Of a stretch of DNA of 64,000 nucleotides, positions 57,709 through 64,000 are shown one piece after another. This DNA comes from a virus (Duplodnaviria > Heunggongvirae > Uroviricota > Caudoviricetes), in IMG/VR virus record IMGVR_UViG_3300046315_000035, one strand, 5' to 3'. Positions within the stretch are counted from its first letter, which is position 1, and every line of letters starts with the position of its first letter. The notes under the pieces are model-generated. The model saw nothing but the letters and a program-made list of their open reading frames with translations, was not told the DNA's origin and did no database searches. A program made the position numbers and the translations under genes.

Positions 57709-58254
57709 ATGAAAGACGTAATCAAACGATGGTCAGCATACATTACAATCTTTATTGTTGCTATGTTTCTCACAGATCAATATCGAGAGTATCGTCAGCT
57801 ACAGGAGATTGAAGCTGTACGTCAAGATTTGATCAGGCAAGAGAAGGAAGCTGAAAAGAATTGCCTTAAGAATGCTTTGTGGTATGAAGCAGGTAATCAA
57901 TCGTTATATGGTATTGAAGCTGTAGCTACAGTGATTCATAACCGTAAAATGCATCCTGATTATCCTAGCACATATTGTGGTGTTATCAATCAACGCAGTC
58001 AATTTAGCTATACGCTGCTAGGGAAACCTGATGTTGAAATCATCAAAGCTAACTTCAGACCAATGGAAGTAAAAGCTTATGCTAAAGTTGAAGAAGTAGC
58101 TGAAAAAGTTATGTCAGAAGAGTTTAAACCTGTGCTAGATTCTTCAGTTCGTTTCTATACAACAAAGCAGATTAAAAACTACTGGACTAAGACCAAGAAA
58201 GTAGCTGCTAGAATTGGTGATCATGTGTTTTATAAAGATAAAGAAAAGAAATAA
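57709..58254 (+). CDS. SleB/CwlJ-like cell-wall hydrolase with N-terminal membrane anchor
   Basis: NALWYEAGNQSLYGIEAVATVIHNRK...YCGVINQRSQFSY matches the Hydrolase_2 (SleB) pattern. An N-terminal TM segment is present. Start taken at ATG 57709. Confidence 0.55.
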   Translation: MKDVIKRWSAYITIFIVAMFLTDQYREYRQLQEIEAVRQDLIRQEKEAEKNCLKNALWYEAGNQSLYGIEAVATVIHNRKMHPDYPSTYCGVINQRSQFSYTLLGKPDVEIIKANFRPMEVKAYAKVEEVAEKVMSEEFKPVLDSSVRFYTTKQIKNYWTKTKKVAARIGDHVFYKDKEKK

Positions 58255-58262
58255 CCTTTATT

Positions 58263-58298
58263 TCCCTGTGGGTTTACACCTGCAGGGATTTTTTGTTG
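58263..58298 (+). terminator. hairpin + T-tract
   Basis: Stem tccctg / caggga followed by ttttttgttg. Confidence 0.4.
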
Positions 58299-58320
58299 TA
58301 TAATCTAGGCTTCAACACAA
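58297..58320 (+). promoter_or_regulatory. promoter of conserved family: TATAAT-CTAGGCTTCAACA leader
   Basis: tgTATAATctaggcttcaacacaa; related to the copies at 60026 and 61893. Confidence 0.45.
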
Positions 58321-58330
58321 GGAGTTCCAC

Positions 58331-58723
58331 ATGAAAGTCGCTGTCTACTTTAACTTGCACAAGAAAACCTTCAGTGTCAAAGCTTTGGAAGGTGCGAACA
58401 AAGGTCGTGTGATTAATCATTCTGACAATGTTACACTTACTGATGCTATGTTTAAAGTATCAGAAGCTGGTCGCCAACGAGTTCTCAAAGAAAAGCGCAA
58501 GAACGTTCATGCTTATGTCATTGGTCAGTTGCAATCTTTAGATGCACTGCATGTAGTAGGAGAGAAGATCACGTACAATCCTTATTTGTACAATACATTC
58601 GTTACTTCGTTCAATAAAACTCCAGTAACTAATGCCAAAGAAGTATTTATGTACTGTTCTGAAAAAGATCAAATATTTTCGCACGATGAGCAAAAGTTTG
58701 CTATAATTCACTCCAGACGTTAA
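58331..58723 (+). CDS. hypothetical protein
   Basis: RBS AAGGAG. Confidence 0.4.
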   Translation: MKVAVYFNLHKKTFSVKALEGANKGRVINHSDNVTLTDAMFKVSEAGRQRVLKEKRKNVHAYVIGQLQSLDALHVVGEKITYNPYLYNTFVTSFNKTPVTNAKEVFMYCSEKDQIFSHDEQKFAIIHSRR

Positions 58724-58904
58724 CTACTCAAAGGATTTCAAACATGCGAAAATTCACCGATGTACTTGAAGAGTATCTTGATCTACGTGAACAATTAAAT
58801 AGTGATTACTATGATAACCGTTCGATTTGGTCCAGAAGTTATGCTCGGGAATCTATTGAAGAACTTAAGATTGAACTTGATGAATTTTTCAAAGGTGTTG
58901 AACA

Positions 58905-59213
58905 ATGAAGACATACAAATTCTACGCTGATCCCGGTCATGGTTGGCTTGCAGTTAAGATCACTGAGTTGATGGAACTTGGTATCGTCACACAGATTAGC
59001 AACTACAGTTACATGCGTGGTGCTACAGCATATCTTGAAGAAGATTGTGATGCTTCTTTGTTCTTTGAAGCTTATAAAGATAAGACCGGTTGCTATCCTG
59101 AACATACCTACAAACATACAAACAATCGTAGTCCTATTCGTAACTACGAGGGTTACAATCGAAATAAAGCTGTAGATTACGCTTTGAACGCATTGAAATC
59201 TGCTACAATCTAA
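58905..59213 (+). CDS. hypothetical protein
   Basis: 102 aa. Confidence 0.4.
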   Translation: MKTYKFYADPGHGWLAVKITELMELGIVTQISNYSYMRGATAYLEEDCDASLFFEAYKDKTGCYPEHTYKHTNNRSPIRNYEGYNRNKAVDYALNALKSATI

Positions 59214-59234
59214 CTTCAATAACAGGAGTATCCC

Positions 59235-59489
59235 ATGATGACATTTGAAGGTTTTAATACTGGTGAGTTCCAAGAGAAAGACTATGGTAAGTATTTCACT
59301 TATCGTAAGACCACAAACGTTTGGGCTATTGAACATGGTTTCATGCACGAAGTTGATGTACTAGATGGTGTACGTTTTGCACGAGTAATGAAGACTGTAG
59401 CTTATGTTTGCATTGATGAAGATGAATATGGTAAACCTGTGCATCAAATCTGGCAGATCAAGAATCACAAGTTGTACTTCAAAGAATAA
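59235..59489 (+). CDS. hypothetical protein
   Basis: 84 aa; RBS AGGAG. Confidence 0.4.
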   Translation: MMTFEGFNTGEFQEKDYGKYFTYRKTTNVWAIEHGFMHEVDVLDGVRFARVMKTVAYVCIDEDEYGKPVHQIWQIKNHKLYFKE

Positions 59490-59530
59490 CCCTTTGTTTT
59501 AGTCAACTTCTCGTTTGATCAAAAATTCTC

Positions 59531-59539
59531 TGCTATAAT
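59531..59539 (+). promoter_or_regulatory. extended -10 element TGCTATAAT
   Basis: Upstream of gene 59571. Confidence 0.4.
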
Positions 59540-59570
59540 TCATTCATCGACAACACAACTGGAGTTTTAT

Positions 59571-60014
59571 ATGAAGACAATCCAATCTTTTACTCGTGGT
59601 GCAACTGCAGGTGGTCTAGAGAAAAACGACTGCACAGTTCGTGCATTGGCAAATGCAGGTGGCATTGACTATTTTGATGCTCATAATCTTTTGAGTAAAC
59701 ACGGTCGTAAGAAGCACTGCGGTGCAAAGTTTGGTACAATGCACAAAGCTTATGCTGAAGCTGGTTTTGTAGTTGAATCTGTACATGGTACTACAGGTCA
59801 AGCTCGATTTGTAGCTCGTTTTACCAAGCGTGAAGCTAAAGAGGGTATTACACTGGGTAAGTTGCTACCTAAGCTTGCCTTTGGTGAGTACATCGTGAAC
59901 GTCACAGGTCATGCACTTGCTGTAGTCAATGGTAAGGTCATTGATACTTTTGATAATCCGGCAGGTAAGCGAGTTGTTACGGTGTTTAAAAAAGTTGAAA
60001 AGTTCGGTGAATAA
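59571..60014 (+). CDS. hypothetical protein
   Basis: 147 aa. Confidence 0.4.
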   Translation: MKTIQSFTRGATAGGLEKNDCTVRALANAGGIDYFDAHNLLSKHGRKKHCGAKFGTMHKAYAEAGFVVESVHGTTGQARFVARFTKREAKEGITLGKLLPKLAFGEYIVNVTGHALAVVNGKVIDTFDNPAGKRVVTVFKKVEKFGE

Positions 60015-60025
60015 TTAAAAATCTC

Positions 60026-60050
60026 TGGTATAATCTAATCTTCAACAAAC
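60026..60050 (+). promoter_or_regulatory. promoter of conserved family: TGGTATAAT-CTAATCTTCAACAA leader
   Basis: tggtataatctaatcttcaacaaac. Confidence 0.45.
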
Positions 60051-60065
60051 GTAAAGGAAATCACA

Positions 60066-60329
60066 ATGTCAAGCTCTAAAGTTTTCGCCAACATGATCGA
60101 CCAATCCAATGGTAAGATGGTTACTGTTACTTTCATCAAACAAGATGGTAGCACACGAATTCTCAATGACCGTCTTGGTGTTAAAAAGTATCTCAAAGGT
60201 GGCAAACTTAACGTTAACACCAACGAATACATCAGCATCTATGATGTGCAAAACAAAGGTTATCGCAGTGTTAACCGCAATACAATCGTAGCTTTGCGTA
60301 TGCAAGGTATTGAAGCTGTAGCTGTATAA
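60066..60329 (+). CDS. hypothetical protein
   Basis: 87 aa. Confidence 0.4.
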   Translation: MSSSKVFANMIDQSNGKMVTVTFIKQDGSTRILNDRLGVKKYLKGGKLNVNTNEYISIYDVQNKGYRSVNRNTIVALRMQGIEAVAV

Positions 60330-60339
60330 GGAGTAAAGC

Positions 60340-60678
60340 ATGAAAGAATATACAGTCGCTGAAATCTTGCATATCGCTGCAGACAAGTATCTTGCAGTAA
60401 AAGAGTCAGAATATTGGACTAGAGGTGGCAGCAAAGAAAAGTTCTCCTGCTGTGCAGTTGATGAAGCGGTATCTCGGCTTTATGGTTACTTTGATATGGA
60501 AATTTACGAAAGAGAAGACCTCATTAAACGCATTCATGAAGGTTTAAAAAACATGGGTTGTCCTACGGGTTCAGTAGATGCTTTTGATGATAATGGTGAA
60601 TTTATTGAAGAAAATCAACAAGCACGATATGCATGGTTGAAATTTGCTGCTACAATGGCAGAAGAGCAAGGTGTATGA
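60340..60678 (+). CDS. hypothetical protein
   Basis: 112 aa. Its RBS-start context ataaggagtaaagcatgaaag is duplicated at 61590. Confidence 0.4.
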   Translation: MKEYTVAEILHIAADKYLAVKESEYWTRGGSKEKFSCCAVDEAVSRLYGYFDMEIYEREDLIKRIHEGLKNMGCPTGSVDAFDDNGEFIEENQQARYAWLKFAATMAEEQGV

Positions 60679-60937
60679 GCAAGAAGAATAAAAAGATTAA
60701 GCTCAAACAAAGGAACTATCTCGTTGCTATTGTCATGCGTAAAGCTGTACAAAAGCACAAAGATCGTAAACGTGAAGCTAAAAACAAAGGATATGATGAA
60801 AAAAGTTAATCTATTTTTGATGGTATTGTTTGGTATCAATATTGGTATTGGTATTATGTCGGGTAATCTTGCAGCTATCTGTGGGTGGACTGCTGCATTG
60901 ATTGCACAGATTCAACTTTGCAATTTGGAGTGATAAT

Positions 60938-61147
60938 ATGAAAAAATATGGAGCAAAAGACGAACTAGACTATCTGCAATTGATTGAAGAAGTTGCACTA
61001 ATCGACAAAGCTGCAGCAGAATACATGCAAGGTCCAATGCGTGAAATTACTGGTTTTGCTGCATCAGATGATCTTTGGGATGTAATTGTTTGGGAACTTA
61101 CTCCACAAGGTCATGATTACTGGTATAATATTGCGAGTCAACTATGA
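60938..61147 (+). CDS. hypothetical protein
   Basis: ATG 60938. Short ORFs 60676-60810 and 60787-60933 (membrane peptide) lie upstream. Confidence 0.35.
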   Translation: MKKYGAKDELDYLQLIEEVALIDKAAAEYMQGPMREITGFAASDDLWDVIVWELTPQGHDYWYNIASQL

Positions 61148-61353
61148 ACAGAATTACATATAACAGTTTCAATGGTAAATTCTTCTATGAAATGACAAAA
61201 TCTGAGTTAGAATATTGCATGAAGATTATCAAAGATCAAATTGATGCTTATTCTCCAAGTATTTCAGGTATTTGTATTCCTGATCAGGAAAGACACCAAG
61301 AACATATAACTGCATGGCAAAACTGCAGTTATAATTTAAACAAGTTACTTTAA
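61144..61353 (+). CDS. hypothetical protein
   Basis: 69 aa. Confidence 0.35.
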   Translation: MNRITYNSFNGKFFYEMTKSELEYCMKIIKDQIDAYSPSISGICIPDQERHQEHITAWQNCSYNLNKLL

Positions 61354-61363
61354 GGAGAAAATC

Positions 61364-61597
61364 ATGGATGTTATTTTAGCTAAAGAAAACGCTGATGGTA
61401 GTGCAGTATTTACCTTTGATATGACAGCAGAAGAGATTCGTATGATGGTCCTTCTAGGGATTAAAACAGCCCTTCTAGCGGGTATTGAAGATGCAAAGCT
61501 CTGGAATGCTGATTCTGACCTTGCAGAACTACAGAATAAGAATCGCAATGGTTCTGATGTACCATACGATATTGCAACAGAAGAAGTCTACGCATAA
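61364..61597 (+). CDS. hypothetical protein
   Basis: 77 aa; RBS AGGAGAA. Confidence 0.4.
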   Translation: MDVILAKENADGSAVFTFDMTAEEIRMMVLLGIKTALLAGIEDAKLWNADSDLAELQNKNRNGSDVPYDIATEEVYA

Positions 61598-61607
61598 GGA
61601 GTAAAGC

Positions 61608-61895
61608 ATGAAAGCTTACAAACACCTCGTTAAGTATGCACTCGCTAAAGGTCACACTTGCAGCGTATGGGATGGTGAAGAGTGGCAGGTCAGTCACAGT
61701 ACAAAGTACCAAAAGATCGTTGAAGCGATTGAATCCGTAGAAGAAGCAAATGTAGTCATTCGACTTGCTACTGGTGGTGAACGCATTGGATGGGCACAAG
61801 TGATTCCTTACGGTCTAGAAGATGATGAAACAGTGGTGGACTATATTTGCAGTGAATTTATGGAAAATTGGTCGGAAGAGTACGAAAAACTGTGA
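61608..61895 (+). CDS. hypothetical protein
   Basis: 95 aa. Confidence 0.4.
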   Translation: MKAYKHLVKYALAKGHTCSVWDGEEWQVSHSTKYQKIVEAIESVEEANVVIRLATGGERIGWAQVIPYGLEDDETVVDYICSEFMENWSEEYEKL

Positions 61896-61917
61896 TACAA
61901 TCTAATCTTCAACAACC
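61893..61917 (+). promoter_or_regulatory. promoter of conserved family: TGATACAAT-CTAATCTTCAACAA leader
   Basis: tgatacaatctaatcttcaacaacc. Confidence 0.4.
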
Positions 61918-61927
61918 GGAGTAAATC

Positions 61928-62125
61928 ATGAAACTTTATCGAGCATGGGTCAATCAACCAAGTACTTTACAACCTTTACACAAATTGCATGGTAAATATT
62001 GCATTGTTCATGATACTGGTGAAAACTCAGTTACTCTTTATTTTACTGAAGGTGATTTGCATTCGACAACTGCTTTACGTCAGTGCATCTCAAGGGTTTA
62101 TCTTTCTGCAGCGGAGACAGTATGA
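61928..62125 (+). CDS. hypothetical protein
   Basis: 65 aa. Confidence 0.35.
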   Translation: MKLYRAWVNQPSTLQPLHKLHGKYCIVHDTGENSVTLYFTEGDLHSTTALRQCISRVYLSAAETV

Positions 62126-62379
62126 AGTGCAAGTTCAACGAAGGTTCTAACTTTGATCGTCAAGGTCAATGGATTATTGCAAAGTATCTTGACCTTGATA
62201 GTGCTTTTGTAACTGGTACTGTGCAAGAAACTCGTGTAAAATATGGTGGCACTGTGCAGCATACAATCATCAGCGATTCTCCTACATATGTCAACAATGA
62301 GTTGCGTAATGCAGGTAGTACATTCTTGGTGTATGAGCATTATGTAACAGAAGCTCAATTCTTGAAGGTGACACCATGA
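62122..62379 (+). CDS. hypothetical protein
   Basis: ATG 62122 with a GGAGA RBS; ATGA overlap with the upstream gene. Confidence 0.4.
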   Translation: MKCKFNEGSNFDRQGQWIIAKYLDLDSAFVTGTVQETRVKYGGTVQHTIISDSPTYVNNELRNAGSTFLVYEHYVTEAQFLKVTP

Positions 62380-62576
62380 TGGATCAATTCAACGACTACG
62401 TTAAGCTTGAAGCTATTTGTACATACCTGAAAAGCTTTGGATATAAAGCTATGGTTCACAATAACAGCATGTCTGTGCATGTAATGGATAAAGAAATAAT
62501 TCTTGTGTTTACTACATGGGAAGTTGCAAGAGAATTTATCAGGGTGCAAGCACAACGAGGCTTAATTAAGGTATAA
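62376..62576 (+). CDS. hypothetical protein
   Basis: 66 aa. Confidence 0.35.
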   Translation: MMDQFNDYVKLEAICTYLKSFGYKAMVHNNSMSVHVMDKEIILVFTTWEVAREFIRVQAQRGLIKV

Positions 62577-62607
62577 TCTAGTCATACCAACACAACAGGG
62601 GTTTCAA

Positions 62608-63030
62608 ATGGCGTATGTTTCACAAGAAGTTATCACCAAAGCTCGTGCTGCATTGAAATCACTCAATAAAGAATATGGTGTAAAGAGCACACTAAGTGGT
62701 AAAGGTGATAGTACTTTGTTCTTGACTATTGCAGAAGGCAGCATTGATTTCATCGGTAACTACTGCGAGAATGTAACTGCTAAACGCAGACAGCATGATA
62801 CACAGCAAGTTATTGCTTGGGTTACGAAAGAACAAAACATCAGTGTAAATCAGTATTATCTTGATAGTTCATTCTCAGGTATTGCATTGGAGTATTTGGA
62901 GAAAGCTAAAGCTATCATGCACGTTGATCATTTTGACCATTCAGACATTCAATCTGACTATTTTAATTGTGCTTACTATGTGAACATTAGTGTTGGTCGT
63001 TGGAATAAACCATATAAATTAGTAAAGTAA
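62608..63030 (+). CDS. hypothetical protein
   Basis: 140 aa; preceded by TATAAT at 62572. Confidence 0.4.
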   Translation: MAYVSQEVITKARAALKSLNKEYGVKSTLSGKGDSTLFLTIAEGSIDFIGNYCENVTAKRRQHDTQQVIAWVTKEQNISVNQYYLDSSFSGIALEYLEKAKAIMHVDHFDHSDIQSDYFNCAYYVNISVGRWNKPYKLVK

Positions 63031-63067
63031 ACTGACTAATATAGTCCTTGCATTATGCAAAGATAAA

Positions 63068-63143
63068 TGCTATAATTATAAAGCAATAGTTAAAGAAGTC
63101 ATGAGCTTTAACGACAAGAGCAGCTTTCCGTGGCTGCTTTTTG
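63068..63143 (+). promoter_or_regulatory. repeated cassette: extended -10 TGCTATAAT + hairpin/U-tract, copy B (upstream of GIY-YIG gene)
   Basis: tgctataattataaagcaatagtt at 63068, then agcagc / gctgct + ttttt at 63119-63143. Matches copy A at 54003-54077. Confidence 0.5.
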
Positions 63144-63173
63144 CTTTTATAACACGGATATTTATCGGAGAAT

Positions 63174-63650
63174 ATGATGCAAATTAAGAAGTGCAGTTGC
63201 TGCAGAATAGAAAAACCTTTTATAGAGTTTCATAAGAATAAATCAAATAAGTTTGGTTTGGCTAATTATTGTATTGAATGCAAAAAGTTAAGCAGAAAAA
63301 GCAAAACCAAGGTTAAAACAAAAAATCGTAAATTTGAAGAAACATATGATAAATGGATTGTATATGAATTTTATGATGACAATAACATTTGTATATACGT
63401 TGGACAATCTAAAGTATTTGCTAAAAGATTTATTCAACACCAATATGATAAAAGAATAACAGATAAAATACATAGAATAGTTTGTTATATTATGGATTCA
63501 TTTCCAGATATGGCATTTTTAGAGGCTCAGAAGATAATTGAAAAACAACCAAAGTATAACACAAGAATATCAGAATCTTGTTTATCAAAATTTGAGATTA
63601 AATATGTTTGTAAAATAGAATATAATATTGATGGACAGAAATTAAAATAA
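63174..63650 (+). CDS. GIY-YIG homing endonuclease with N-terminal zinc module
   Basis: N-terminal KKCSCCR..CIECKK, followed by WIVYEFYDDNNICIYVGQSKVFAKRFIQHQ (GIY..YVGQS..R..H pattern). Confidence 0.6.
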   Translation: MMQIKKCSCCRIEKPFIEFHKNKSNKFGLANYCIECKKLSRKSKTKVKTKNRKFEETYDKWIVYEFYDDNNICIYVGQSKVFAKRFIQHQYDKRITDKIHRIVCYIMDSFPDMAFLEAQKIIEKQPKYNTRISESCLSKFEIKYVCKIEYNIDGQKLK

Positions 63651-63660
63651 AAAACCTCGC

Positions 63661-63703
63661 ACCCCTTTCGGAACTAAAAATCCGTTAGGGGTTTATTTTT
63701 ATT
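63661..63703 (+). terminator. rho-independent terminator
   Basis: Stem acccct / aggggt enclosing an inner ttcgg/ccgtt stem, followed by tttatttttatt. Confidence 0.5.
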
Positions 63704-63777
63704 CAAAAATCTATATTCAGAATTTTCCCAAAAACCTACTTGGGGTTTCGCAAAATAAAAATGACAAAACTGCTTCG

Positions 63778-64000
63778 GCGTTGACTTATATAAGCGTTGA
63801 CTTATATAAGCGTTGACTTATATAAGCGTTGACTTATATAAGCGTTGACTTATATAAGCGTTGACTTATATAAGCGTTGACTTATATAAGCGTTGACTTA
63901 TATAAGCGTTGACTTATATAAGCGTTGACTTATATAAGCGTTGACTTATATAAGCGTTGACTTATATAAGCGTTGACTTATATAAGCGTTGACTTATATA
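63778..64000. repeat. tandem array of ~14 perfect 16-bp repeats GCGTTGACTTATATAA, truncated by the window end
   Basis: Read directly from the sequence: it has a perfect 16-bp period from 63778 to the window edge. Confidence 0.95.

Noticed and set aside
63778-64000. The 16-bp repeat array read as stacked sigma70 promoters (TTGACT ... TATATA), or as a CRISPR array.
   Set aside because: No spacing register gives a -10 hexamer with the conserved final T. The repeats are contiguous with no spacers, so it is not CRISPR.

Overview
The window looks like a 64-kb stretch of a tailed dsDNA phage genome with lambda-like morphogenesis genes (siphovirus type) and roughly 40% GC, in three transcription blocks. 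Block 1 (1-27.7 kb, + strand, late genes): tail fibres, an unexpected FAD-dependent halogenase, head proteins (scaffold, decoration, lambda-E-like major capsid), connectors, major tail protein, G/T chaperone pair, tape measure, gpM/gpL-like proteins, a fused K-I-J-like tip protein of 1743 aa, more fibres, and holin-like genes plus an M15 endolysin. This block ends at a bidirectional terminator. Block 2 (27.8-49.4 kb, - strand, replication and nucleotide metabolism): thioredoxin, NrdA/NrdB, two MazG-type pyrophosphohydrolases, a PolB-exo-like exonuclease, an endonuclease VII-like gene, a FEN-type 5'-3' exonuclease, SSB, tRNA-Met and tRNA-Arg flanking a small island of unknown genes, family-B DNA polymerase, T7-type primase-helicase, an RNA-ligase-like ligase, a DNA ligase and an SPFH lipoprotein. 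A divergent control region with consensus-like promoters lies at 49.45-49.7 kb. Block 3 (49.7-63.7 kb, + strand, early genes): many small ORFs, two tandem dCMP-deaminase-like genes, a Pnk-kinase / ligase-like / phosphoesterase cluster, ThyX, an HU-like protein and a SleB-like hydrolase. There are at least five homing-endonuclease-type genes (3 HNH, 1 endonuclease VII-like, 1 GIY-YIG). The window ends in a truncated array of 16-bp tandem repeats. Every functional call rests on motifs read by eye from the ORF translations and is a hypothesis; no database search was possible.
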